This document shows positions 34,900 to 48,324 of a DNA stretch of 64,000 bases, piece by piece. The first letter of the stretch is position 1. Each line of letters begins with the position of its first letter. Source of the DNA: Cenococcum geophilum. Taxonomy: Eukaryota. The notes beneath the pieces are model-generated. The model did not search any database. It was not told where the DNA came from and was given only the letters and a program-made list of their open reading frames with translations. Made by a program: the position numbers and the translations under genes. The stretch is taken from positions 19,282,001 to 19,346,000 of the forward strand of contig CP158635.1 in NCBI GenBank assembly GCA_050273025.1, in the 5' to 3' direction.

Positions 34900-36687
34900 G
34901 GCTAACAGGGCGAGATAGCGGGCAGGCTGATCACAGGCTGACCTCCGGTCCTAGGACGATGTAGGGACGAGACCAAGCTAGGAGCAGGCCGGCAAATCAA
35001 CCAACCCAACGCAAATTAGGGTCAAATTGCGCTGTCAAGATTGAGCCAATATTATTGCTCTAGATTGCCTACAGTGCACCCACCAAAAAAAAAAAACCCC
35101 CCGAGAAGAACGCTCGCTACGGTTTTGCCTCTTGGTTGTTGCAGGCGTCCGTATACTACGACTAAAATTATTAGTGCGCCCTCTACTGGCCTGACACCAA
35201 GGAAGCCGACGATGGGACAGAAATGAAGTCTGTCACAAATGTCTTTGCTTCCTAAGCGTTCGCTTAGAATACTTAACAAGGTCACTGACGGCCGCTGATG
35301 TGTGGAAGGGACAGGGAGCCAGGGTCTATTTGTTTTTCCGATTTCGAATGAGAATACTAGACATGACGAAGCAGATGCGAGGGAGTTTGGAAGATGAGTG
35401 TTTGCTCCAATCGCTCCACTCATAGTTGTTCGCGCCCGGTCTAAGCGAGAGAACGAACCAAAGGCAAGGCTGAAATGATCACTTTCTCGCAAAGGCCGAT
35501 AGAGAAGGGTCTGGGAGGGCTGATGTTTATATAGTGTACCCGTAAGAATTTAGCCCTGTTGGAATGTTGCCACCGGGTGGTTCCAGCACTTCCACCTGGA
35601 TTCCAGAAGCTTCACTCTCCGCTTTACCTGCCACGTGACGCCGATTTACAGACCTCGTAAGAAATAGCTCATCTCAGACGGGAACTCAGAGATTGTTCAA
35701 CGCACCCGTCAACAAATGCTCGTAGTATTCAATTGAATTTATTGAGTATATAATCGTGGTGTCGAGGCGGGCTAGCCCCTTTTTTGCCCCTTGGTAGCTA
35801 CAGGCCTCCGTAGTACTGCAAATGATGCTGACGCTAAACCAGATCTAGAGTAGCGGGCGCGGAGATGTCCGCGCAATAAAGTGGGGCTAAGATTCTGACA
35901 GAGAGTTTGAGGGTGAAGCCGATTTTGCAAGCGACTGTACACTGTATGACGCAATCCGAAATTGCGGGGTTGATCACTGATCTACCTATCATTTGTCACA
36001 GCCCGCTAAACTTAATAGGTCAGTGCGGCCTTCTAAGCCAGGACAGTATGTGCTTCTTACCAATTTACGTGCTGGGGGTGAATGGTGTTGGGCTAAACTA
36101 CGCAGCTCCGACCTAGCTCGCACGACCACCTAGCTTGCACGACCAGGGCTGCAATGTTAATTACGCACTAGTATCCCTTGATTAAGACTGGTAGAACACC
36201 TAACGTACGCCACCTGCATAGTTCTAGAGATCCCACTACTTTGTTTAAAGATGGGAAACTAAAGAAGTGTTGGGGTCTTGTGCACGTCATGGGCGTGACG
36301 CAGAACATGCAAGTCATTCTCAAGGGCTGCCTCGCAGTTTGGATAGCCACACCTGATTAATCGTCCCTTTTTAAGTTAATTAAGGTACTTACGGTAGAGA
36401 TGTCTCTTTAGAATGGCCCGGCTGTAGAACTAGTGCATATATTCTTCTATTAGCTTCGCTTTATCCCTAAGACAAAATACTTAAAGCCCGAGATCCCCTT
36501 AGAGAAATGTAAACGCGTTTAACCTCCATTATTACTATTAAAGTTTCTTAGCGTTTATATAAAATAGCCTATCTTATAAAATATAAAAGAAATTTTCTAA
36601 GACTACTTACTGTAATTAATCCTTAGTGTTAAAACTAAAATTGCACTATTTATAGAGTAAATTTATGTTTTAAACAGTTGTAGCGCT

Positions 36688-36981
36688 CTATAAGACCGTA
36701 CCGTATATATCGTTAGTATATTATTATAGGTGCATCTTATACGCTAAAACAACCTAATAAAGGTTATATTAGATCTTTTCCCCTTCCCTAATATTTATAA
36801 GGTGCTTCCGCTTAAAGTATTTACTAAGATTACCTAGGGTATAAAACGAATATATATGCTATTTAATTAATAGGTTTTTATTACCTAGATAAAGGAAATA
36901 TATCTTTAGCCTCTTCTTACTATATATTAATACTTTAGCTACTTTTAAGGCTTTAACTTAAGAGTTAATCTTGGCCTTATC
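36688..36981 (-). pseudogene. Starship captain (DUF3435 tyrosine recombinase), C-terminal Cys/His segment, RIP-degraded
   Basis: Reads KKRLKIYFLYLGNKNL...FYTLGNLSKYFKRKHL...I*YNLY*VVLAYKMHL**YTNDIYGTVL*; de-RIP KRPKICFLCLGNE.L...F.TPGDLSKHFKRKHL...CDLC..VL.HKMHLQ.HA..IHGTVS*; stop at 36690-36688. Confidence 0.85.
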
Positions 36982-37509
36982 TGTAACGAAGCCTTATAGT
37001 AGGAACTACAGTGGACTTATTAATAGGCTGGGTATATAGGTATAGAATAGTCAACAACGTAATAATAACTAGTGGAATAGTTGCCTAACAGATTAACTCT
37101 AATTATATTCTGAGATTTACTATAAAGGAGAGAACTATCTAAGTAGGGACTATGGTCCTTTAAATATACAACTATACTCCTAAGAAATCCCCTTAGTACG
37201 TAAGGTACGTATACTCTACCTACTCTATTATAGATCTTATAGATCCTATAGATTATATAGATTACGTTATATAACCTTAGTTACCATTCCTCGTTATTTA
37301 GCTCTATTAGCTCTATTCTAGACCGCGCCTAAATTAACTAATTAGCTTCTTCTAACTCCTCTCCTAGTAGTTATAATATTGTACTTAAAGCGTTTATAAT
37401 ACTATCTCCCTCCTTTTTATCTTTGTCCTTAAAGATTCCTAATATCTTTAGGTTGTTTACTAGAGATATAATATCCGTTTAATTAATTTAGTTAATATTG
37501 TTACTTATT

Positions 37510-38214
37510 ATACCTAAAGTTCCTTCCTCTTCTTTAATCGCTTGTTATGCTTAAACTATTACTATAATATTATCTCTTAGTAAAATTATACCGTCTCCAT
37601 ATTCTTATTGTGTAAAAGAGGGGTTAGTCTATATTATATTAGTAAGTCTATCTTTATAATAACCGTTCTCTTACTTAAAGTATACTAAAGCGAATATTTG
37701 TTTATCCTATAACGTTTACTCCGTCTTTAATGCTAAATATATATAACCTATTACTCTTAATAGCCGTCTAGTTCCTTAATTAATTTATCTTAGGGTTTTA
37801 TATTTAATCTGCTACTATACGGCTAAATAATAAACTGTTAGTGGCTCTAGTAAAGTTATACTATTCTTATAATGCTAAATAGGAGGCTATTAATGCTTAG
37901 TAACGGGCCCTTAAGTCTCGTCTTATAGCGTCCACTTAGTTAATTTATCTTAAAAAGGTTTATAAGAAAGTCTATTTTAAGAAGTAAAAACTTATAGAAT
38001 AAGGTTTATAGAAACTTAGCGATAAAAGAACGGATTCTCTTCTATCTAAGAAGGGAATAAATCTAAGTAGCTTAGTAACTACTCTTCTTAGGTCCCCCTT
38101 AGGTAACTTATTCTTTAGCAATTTTTTTTATTAATGCTACCTAACCTAATCTCTTCTAGTACTCCTTTACCTTTTTTATAGCGTTTTTTAAATTCCTTAG
38201 TAGTTCCTAGGTAG
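37510..38214 (+). pseudogene. Antisense accessory gene of gypsy A2, homologue of 3905-4589
   Basis: Same frame, Cys-motif positions and intron location as in A1; in-frame 21-nt insertion at 37901-37921. Confidence 0.65.
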
Positions 38215-39167
38215 TTTTAGTGTAGCCTATCTACTTAACCTTATACTATATTTTATTATTAACGTCCTTATAACTAATAATCTTTAAAACTTATTATTTA
38301 TCTTCTTTTTATCCTCTATATATATCTACTTTGTAAACTAATAGTTTAATATTTCTATATACTAGTTCTAGTATTGCAATATACTATATAGGGTAGATCT
38401 TTATCTTAGCTAGTAGGTTTAACTTAAACGTAACTAATAAAATTCTTTATATAATTTTAAAAGGTCCTAGTCTAATAGAGTTTAACTTCTTACTTAGTTG
38501 TTAACTTTTAAAAAATTTATATAGTAGCTATACTTTATTTCCCTCCTTAAGATCTAGTCCCTTAAATCTCTTAATATTATAGTACTTTTTTATTTTTTTC
38601 TTATACTTTCTTTACTAATTCTATAAGGGTTATATAAAGATTTATTAGTGTCTTTATTCTTTCTTTAGCTATACTACTTATTTTCTTTACTTATTATAGT
38701 AATAATAATATCCTTAGCTTATATATATAATTTGCCTTAAATAGTAATATGCCTATTTCTTCCTATAGTATTATATTATATATAAACTATATAACTAGTA
38801 ATAATAATACCTAATTATTCGATATATAATTAATATAATGTTTTAGATACTTCTCTAGCATCTAATTTAATCTTTCTATTTAACTCTCTGTCTGCGGATA
38901 ATATATAGTAGAAGTTACTACTTAAACTCCTTATTCTGCTAAAAATACCTCCTAAAATACTGCTATAAATCTTAAATCTCTATCTAATATAATTTTATTT
39001 AGTACTCCGTGTTTTATAAATACTTCTTTAATATAGATTTTAGCAACATCCTCTGCTAATATCTCCTCTGTATATATTATAAAGTAGCCCTACTTAGTTA
39101 ACTTATTTACTATTACTAAGATTATATTATAATCTTATCTAGTAATAGGATCTTTTAACTTTAGTAA

Positions 39168-42100
39168 TGTTGGTTACATAAGGGGATATCACGTAGCTAC
39201 GGTTCGTAGATAGTATGATAATTGTTATTGTTCTCTTCTTGAAGAAAGGGGTGAGGAACTTAAGGTTCCTCACCACGCTAATGCCGCGGCGGCACGTGAT
39301 GGTAACTTGCTATACGTGACGGTAATATGCCTTATATGGTGACTATTTGCCTTTATTTCTAACACTAGTAACTCTTCTTTTGTAGTTGCCATCTATATAT
39401 ATATACCGCTTAACTAGCGGAATAAAAATTAATCCTCCTTACTTACTATTGCTATTGTAACATAAGTCTTGCTATTCTAAAATTTGCCTCTTAGTATGTG
39501 GTGCTTTCTTGCTTATAAGTTATGGGTAGGTATCTTGTTAGTAGGGCCGCTAAGGCGCTAGCAGTAAGCGAGCTAATAGCGATTTTCTATCCTGGGGATG
39601 GAAAATCCTAATTGGCTGGTTTGAGTTAGGGTCTGCAGAATCTGACTAATTAGATAACTTTAATTGCTGGTTAAAGTTCCTAGATATCTTAAGACCTTAC
39701 GTAACTAAGAAATTTCTAGGGACTCCCTTTTAACCTAACCTTTAACTTATATACGCAGAGTATTTATATTAATAAACGTCTCTAGTGCCTTATTTGGGTT
39801 TGCCTTTGTTATTATATCTACTAGGTTATTTTAGCTATTAATCTATTAAATCTTAAAGAGTTCTTAACGCTTATAGGATTACTAAAGTGCCATAATATTA
39901 ATTATAAGGCGCTTCTCTTTTATAGTACTAAGCTTAACTAAACACTTATAGAGGGAATATAAGTCGGTGTATACGATTATAGGGATAACGGGAAGTTTAA
40001 GTTAATCTATAATTATCTTTAGGGTAGTTCTAATTGCAATTACTATATTAACTCCGCTAACCATTCTATATATCTCTAATACTAAAACACTTTAGGTAAC
40101 GCGCTTACTCTTAGTTAAGCTCTAATAGATAAGATTGCTATAGATTATAAAGTTATTCTCTCTAGTAAATTTGTTTATGATAATAATTTTATATCCTAAC
40201 TAGGAGCTAAAATCTTTATTGTTTATAAACGATCTATTAATAAATACAAAGAGCTTAGTAATAGGAAGATTAATAGGTATATAGAGTAGTCCCCGATTAA
40301 AATGGTTTATTTACTAAAAAAGACGCTTATTTAGGGCAAGGATATTATCCTTAGTTGGTTTCTAGTGTTAAGCCATAATAGAGAGATTAAATAAAGCCTT
40401 GGGTTAATAGATAGAAGTAATATAAGCTTTGTAAGCACGTTGCTCTATATACTCTTGCTTTAGAGAATTAACGTTAATAACGTTAATCTTCTTGCTTTAA
40501 CCCTTCTGGCGTAAAGTAATGGAATCCTTGTTTAGGGAGAGGATGCATCTATTAAAGAGTAATGGTATTGTTAAGTTAAGCTTTTCCTTTAGCTTTGCTA
40601 TAAGATTTACCTTTACTAGCTTATCCTCTTTAAGAGCTAAGAATTGGTCGTCTCCTAAGATAATTATATTATTAGTTTATATACTGACAATTCTAAATAG
40701 GGTTCCCGTGGTTATAATAAGGAAGCAGGGATTAAATATAGAAGTAGTTATTAAAAGCTTCTCTTTATGGTGCTTGCTGTAGGTAGCCTACTAATAAGTT
40801 TCTACCTCTGCGATTCTATATAATGGCTTAAGTATAACTATGATTATATCTTTAGGATACTGGTAGCGAATTTGCTCTGGAAGGTATGCCAGTATTAAGC
40901 GCTAAAGGGGCGTCTCTAATTAAGTGTAGGCTTAAGTAATATCTTATAAATAAACCGCTATTCTATTCTTTATTAAGGAGGGAGTTAGCGCAATAATAAC
41001 TCGCTAACTAGCTTGTTAAATTATGGGAGATTACGTAAGAATTACCTCCTTACTATTATTGTTGTGACCTTAGATAATAAGCCTTAATTTCTTAAATAGG
41101 GCGTTAGTAGCTTTGCCCTTAATCTTATTAACTATTCTTAATTTAAAGATATAAACTCCACCAAATTTGGTAGGGTCATACTTCTTAAATTTAAAGACTC
41201 CTCTTATAATGAGACTATTAATCTCCTACTTATTAGATGCTTAGAAAGGAGCTCCTAGAGTTATAATATAACCTTCCTTTTAGAGCTATTTTGCGAGCTT
41301 AAAGTTAGCCTTCTCCTTAGCTGTTATAAAGGCTATTAATAACTTAACTCTATTCTTAATGGCGGCAATAAATTGTTCTTTAAAATTAATAAGATGTTAG
41401 TAATTATATAATCCCTTCGGGTAACTTCTACCGCGTCGTGGTTATGGCGCATCTACTATAATTATATTGGGATTATAGTTGCCTTCTAGAGTATATTAAT
41501 TGTAGTTCTCTTTTAGGGTATCTTCTAGGGCATCCTATAAAGGCTTAGAATTATTATCTTTATAGTAAGGCTTAATAATAGTTAAACGGAATTAAGTAGG
41601 TCCGTAAGGTATTTAAATAATATAAGTTTAACTATTAATTATAATAAGTTGGTATGGGCCTAACCATTCTTTCTTTTTACGTTATACGCGTACCTTAGAC
41701 TAGAGTGGCAGATCGAGCGTAGTTAAGGTATTTAGGCTATTTCTTATTCCTAGTGCGTTATTAACCTAGCATATGGCGTAGAGATATCGCACCTCCTTTA
41801 TTGCCTTATAAATAGCCTTAGCTTATTATATAACGGAGGGAGATAGTAGAGAATTATTAGTTATTTAAGGGTAGGCGCTAAAAACTAGTAATGTAGGTAT
41901 AAGTCTATCCGGGCTAGCGGAATTGTTAATAGCTTTAACAGCTATTTATAAGGTAAGTTCTTTACTAGCGTCCTTTAGTTCTAAAGAGATAATCTTATAT
42001 ACGCGGCGTAATAGCGCATAATATTATTCTACTTTTTTAATACTATTATGTGCCTTAATAGGGACTTCCTTGACCTTAATTGCTATTGCCTTTATCTATT

Positions 42101-45100
42101 GTTAAAACTTTATAGATAAGAAGTTCTTTCCTATATTATAGATGATTTAATTAGGGGGTCCTAAATAGACATTAATCTAGCATAACTAAAGGGTCTCCTA
42201 TACGTTTCTGGCTAATATATCTTTTAAGAAACGCGCGGCTTAGAAGGAGGTTAAGAAGTTAATAACTTAGAGTACTAGCTTGCCGCTAAGATATATAACG
42301 TTAATAATAATATAGAAGTTAAAGTTATAGTTATCCTTAAGGGTAAACTTAAATCGGCTAGGGGACTTCTGGTTTATTTAGTAGTAATAGTAATACTTTA
42401 TAAGATGCTTAATTGCCTTAACCTTAACTTTATAGCCTACTTACTAAAGAACCCTAAGCAATTAATAAACGAATAGGTGGCTAAAACGATAGTATAGTTG
42501 GCGTAACTTTAACTTAGTTAAGTAGCTTTAAGTAATACTCTTTTCTAGTTAATAAAGGAGTAACTAGGGGTAACCCTACTTGCGTATAACGGGCACCCAA
42601 TTATCTCCTTAGATAAGTATATTCTTAAGGTTATTAAGCTTAATGCCTAATTTATTTATATCTCTAATATAAAATAAAAATAGGGTGTTTATAGGAATAA
42701 CGTGAAAACTAATGTACCCTAAGGGGGTTTAAACCCTAATTATGCTAAGAGAGATTATAGTACCTTTACTAAAACAAATTATATGCTAGCCTGCCGTTAA
42801 ATAGTTAATCTAAACAGAGCTATTAAGCTGCTAAAGGGCTCGAACTTAAGGTTCTCCTACTATAGATACTCTTACGGCTCTAGTATCCGGTATAATATTA
42901 TAGAAGACGTTTACTAAGTATCTATTATTAAAGGAAAACGCGGAGCTCTCCTTTAGCTTATTAAAGATATCTAACTTTATAATAGAATAGAGCGTAGATT
43001 AGTTATTAAGGATAGCGATAGTTTATATGCTATTTACCTTACTATACTTAGTAAAGTATTGGTTAGGTAAGTAGTCCTTAATTTCTATATCTATAAGGAG
43101 CTGTTTAGTCTTATTAACCTTACCTTTAAGGTCTTCTACGCCTTTATATTAAACTAGGAAGCTTTAGAAGTAGGCTATAGTAATCTTATTATTTCTAATA
43201 TTTCTTATACTCTAACGGAACTTATTATATGCCTCTTTTCGCTTATTAAGGGAGTGTCTAGTTAACTAGCAATTTGGCTTCTTATAAACGTAGTATTTCT
43301 TTTAGTAATTACTTTAAAATAAACCTCTATAAGGACCTCTATAATTACCTTATAGTTAACGTTAATTATACCCTCTTCCGTATTCCCTACCGCGGCCACT
43401 ATATATTTAATTAGTCTAGTTATAATTATATTAGTCGGGAATACTTAGTTAGGTAGGGTTTTTAGTATAGAACTATTAAGATTCTTATATTTATATTATA
43501 GTACCTACAGTAGAGCGTAGCTTAGTATATACTCCTTTAAACGTATCTATAGGTTTATATAGCGCTAAGTTACACTTAGGAACGCTATAGCATACTAAAA
43601 TAACCTAGTCCCTTAGGCTATTCTTATTTTAGTAAGTTTTGGTAAAGCTACGTTAGATTTTCTAAAGTTTATTAAAGAGTAGTTAAAGGTACTCTAAATA
43701 AGTCTTTGTTAGGTTAGAAGTAATAACTCTTTAGAACATAGTCTCCCGCCATTTAGATATATAAAGTTAGCAATTCTTATTAGTCTTAAAGTGGGCTCTA
43801 ATAAGCTAAAGCATTACATTAAAGTTATAGTTTTTACCCATAATATGGTCGTAATAGAATATTACCGCCCGTCCCTTTAATATAATAGAGAAAGCGTAAT
43901 AGTACTAGTGGCGTTAAATTCTAACCTTATTGCAATAGTTATAAAAGACCTATAGTTTTACTCTAAGTATATTATATAGTTCTCCTTTAAACTTCTTCTC
44001 TTTATCCGAATATACCTTTATTAGATTCGTAACTTCTTATAGTAAAGGCTTACTAGTTAGCTAAAGTGGAAGAGGTAAAAGCGGAGCAACTCTAAGTAGG
44101 AGAGCACCTCTAGGTAGGAGAGTAGCTCTAGGTAGGGGGTTAGCGTTCTAGGGGTTTTAATACGAATTAAAGTTGCCTTCTAAAGAATATAGGTTATTTT
44201 TAGGTTTCCGTAGTTAATATATAATCTTAGCTTCTGTCTATATTAGTTCTTCTATACTAATAATAACAGCCTAAATATTGCTAGCAATTAGGTTACTGTT
44301 CTTAGTAATATATACCCTATTCCTATAGAGGAAGTTTTAAAAGTCCTAAATAATATTAACGTTGCTAAGTACTTAGGTATCAGCAGTCTATCCTATAAAA
44401 TCCTCCCTAAAATACTCTTATAGTTGTAAGTCGGTATAGTATCTATTTTAGTAGAATATAATATAGTGTAGGAGAAAGCCGTTAACTTGTTTTGCGGTAT
44501 AAGTTATTATATTAAAGGCGAATTCGTCCTAATCTTTATTAATAAGTTTTGCGTACTTAGCTACCCCTAGTGGTAAGAAGTTTTTCTAGTTATTTAAGGT
44601 AGGCGTAGCCATGTTTTTGGAGGGAGGGAAGTGTTATTAGTATAGGGATTATCATTTGGTACGCGTTTGTAATGTATATTTATTATTTAGTACGCGTTTA
44701 TTATTTAGTACGCGTTTATAACGTATATTTACGGTTATAGGGCTTAGGACTAGTTCTAGCCTTAAATCGCGAAGACTTGTAAAGCGTATTATTCTGCGTA
44801 ATAGACGCAAGAATCCGTAATCTTAGAAAGGCTTAGGACTAGTTCTAGCCTTTAGATCTTTAGATTTATAGAAGAGTTCTATTTAAGGTTTAGGACTAGT
44901 TCTAACCTTAAAAGATAGCTTTCTTTAGCACGAGTAGCACTAGTACAGTGGCTTATTTCTTTTTAGTGGAATACCTAGCTGTTCTATGGTATAATAGTAA
45001 AGTTAATTACTAATTAGTGTTAGTTACACAAGGGGATATTACATAGCTATGGTTCGTAGATAGTATGATGATTATTATTGTTCTCTTCTTGAAGAAAGGG

Positions 45101-45214
45101 GTGAGGAACTTAAGGTTCCTTACCACGCTAGTGCCGCGGCGGCACGTGATGGCAACTTGCTATACGTGACGGCAATATGCCTTATATGGTAACCATTTGC
45201 CTTTATTCCTAATA
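39168..45214 (-). mobile_element. Copia LTR retrotransposon of GalEa type, family D, full length, RIP-degraded
   Basis: 197-bp LTRs 39168-39364 and 45018-45214; TSD AGTAA/AGTAA; ACTAATTAG at 45009-45017; integrase, RT and RNase H motifs homologous to family C but a different LTR. Confidence 0.92.
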
Positions 45215-48200
45215 AGTAACTTAATAATAAAGTCCTATAATATAACCTCCTATAGTCTCTCTAGTAATTTAATAGGTTATAGCCTTCTATATAGCTTATG
45301 CCTTATTAATTTATTTCTTTAGTAATCTAAACACTCCTTTATTACTTTTCTTATAATATTCTAGATTCCGTTAATAATATATTCTTTTTATAGTCTTAAC
45401 ACTAAGCCTATTACTCTATTATGTCCTTAAGTTATCCCCTTACAAAAATCTTTTATAAAATGCTCTGCTATGCTTCTTAGGATATATTTCGCCTCTCTAT
45501 ACTTATATAATATTTTTTTTCTTTAGGTGCTTTAACTATTCTTTTAGTTATACCTTAAAGATCCTTTATACCTAAAAGCTTTTTAGTGTTTTATAGACTC
45601 TTTCTAGTTTATTATCCTCTTAAGTTACTACTAGCTTAGGGTAATTATATCTAATTAATCCGTTACTATCTCTACGTAGTATTACTCCTAATAATTTCTT
45701 ATTATTTTATAGTTTAGCTTTTTTACTAAGTATATCTGCTCTTATATTTTTAGTTCCTTTAATATACTAAATTTTAAAATAGTATTCTATAAGCATCTCT
45801 ACCTATCTAATTTATTTATAATTAAGTTCTTTTATTATTAGAAACCCCGTTAGGTTCTTATAATCTATTTTAACTATAAATAGTTTTTCTACGCCTTATA
45901 AGAATACTCTCTATTTCTTAAGTACTATAACTATTCTTAATAATTTCTTATTATAGATATTATAGTTTAACTCTAGTAGTGTTATCTTTTAACTATAGTA
46001 TGCTATTAGGTGCTATATATCCTTATACTTCTATAATAAGTATACTCTTAGTATATAGTCTAATACGTCTATTTTTATAACCGTGTTTAGTCCTAGTTAG
46101 TAGATCTTAAAGATTAGCTCCTAAGTAAACAGCTCCTTAAATTCTTTAAATAGCATCTTTTATTTATCCCCCTATATTTATAGTTCCTTTTTCTTTATAA
46201 GCCTAGTAAATAGTTTAATATTCTTTAACTATTATACTATAAACCTTCTATAGTAGTTATAAAACCCTAAAAATAACTTTAACTATATTACATTCTCCAG
46301 TTCTTACTAACTTACTATAGCTTTAATCTTTTTTAGGTCTATACTAATATAACCTAATTTAATAATAAATCTAACAAAATCGGTCTTCCTAGTAAAGAAC
46401 TTGCATTTTTTAATTACTACTAGTATCTATTCTTTTTATGGTCTCCTTAAAACCTATTTAACGTATTCCCTATACTCTTCTTTAGTTATTAAGTAAATAA
46501 TAATATCGTTAAGGTATACTATAATAAACTTATTAAAGTATTCTCCTAATACGCTATTAATTCTTTTCTAAAATATTATAAGTATATTTATTAATTTAAA
46601 TTATATAACTAATAGTTTATATAGTCACTCTCTTAACCTAAAGGCTGCCTTCTATTTATTACCTTCCTTAATTCTAATCTAATAGTATACCTATCTTAGA
46701 TCTATCTTTATAAAGATTTACGCATTACCTATTTAGTCTTAGATTTCGCTAATTAAGGGTAAAGAATACCTATCCTTTTAAGTAATACTATTTAACTGTC
46801 TATAGTTAATATATAATTTAAGTTTTTTATTTTTCTTTAGTATAAATAGTACTAGATAACCTACTAATAACTATAATAGTCTAATATATCCCTTTCGTAG
46901 GTTTTCTTAGATAAACTCTTTAAGTACGCTTACCTTTTTTTAGGTAAGCTTATAGGTTAGAAAAAACCTTAAACTTATTTCTAGTTCTAACTCTATCTTA
47001 TAGTTCTATACTATATAATTTACTAGCTTTTTACTTTCTAAACTCTATAATTTCTTACTATATTTATAGTATCTTTTTAGTATATAACTTAAGCCTTACC
47101 TAATCTCTTTATATATCGCTCTAACTTAGTACTATACTAACTTAGTTTACTATTATATTTTATAGCGTTAAGTATCTCTAATATTAACCTATTCTATAAT
47201 CTAATTAATCTTTAAGTTATACTTCTATAACTAAGGCATTTCTAATACTACCATATTCCGTCCTAATAGTAGGATATTAAAAGATATCTTAATTTATTTT
47301 TCTTTAATAGTTATCTAAATAGGTCCTATTTTAAGGTTAATAATCCCTCCTCTATAGGCTATTAAATCTCCTAAAATTATAACTAGTGGGTAAGGTTATT
47401 CCTTCTATTTATAAAGTAATTCTATTTTCTTAACTATTGCTAGTAAGATATAGTTTCGTATTACTCCGCTATTTATTAATACTTTAAACTATTAATCTTA
47501 CTATTTAACTTATAAATTTAGGTATTATCTTTAAATTCCTTTAAGGGTCTAAGGCTTTACTACTAGCTCCCTCTAGTTTTATAAGCCTCTACTTTTCCTA
47601 ACTATTAGCTACTTAATCCTATTTATACTTAGTCCACTTTTAGCTAATACTTAGTTTACTTTTTATCTTTAATATACTATAGATATATATTCTCTAGGCA
47701 TTTCCACTACTATTTTTTATTTAAGTATTTTTCTATAAGGAATCTTCCTAGTTAAAGTATTAAGTCCCCTTTTTTTTTTAAAAACTTTTATTAAATGCTA
47801 GCTATATATATACTTAGTATTTCTATACTATTACTTATCTAGTGCCTAATATATCCTTATAAGGTACTTCCAATTCTTTTTCTTTAGGTTTTTATATATC
47901 TTATATATATTATCTATATATATAACCTATAATAGTATATAGTATACTAGATGCTTTAGGTTAACTCTAAACTTATTTTTATTTTTAAGTTTAAACCTTT
48001 ATTATATTACTCTAAACGTTATAACTTTATTTATAGGTACTAAGATACGCCTTTTACTTCTTTAGTTCTCTAATTATTTCTTTAAATCCTTTAATATTAT
48101 AATTAAGGCTCCTTTAATATAAGTTATAGCCTTCTCTATAATTAGGTGGTCTTAGATAACTTATTTATCTAACTATATATAAAAATCTTTCCACTTATCG

Positions 48201-48324
48201 TTATATCGCTATCTATACTACTTTTAGTATAGCTACTAAAGTATATACGGCTTATCCGTAAGGAAGTATCTTTTTATTACTATATTATAATAGCCCTTTA
48301 TATATTATTCTTTAAATCTAATAA

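Noticed and set aside
33118..34964. Several small ORFs overlapping the HET gene
   Set aside because: Antisense or alternate-frame shadows of the 607-aa CDS.
35068..35103. TACAGTG start plus poly-A as a Tc1/mariner end or retrocopy tail
   Set aside because: No convincing partner inverted repeat or TSD found.
35041..36360. ORFs of 60-146 aa between HET and captain
   Set aside because: No recognisable motifs, and several appear to use non-ATG starts; probably promoter or intergenic DNA. A small spliced cargo gene cannot be excluded.
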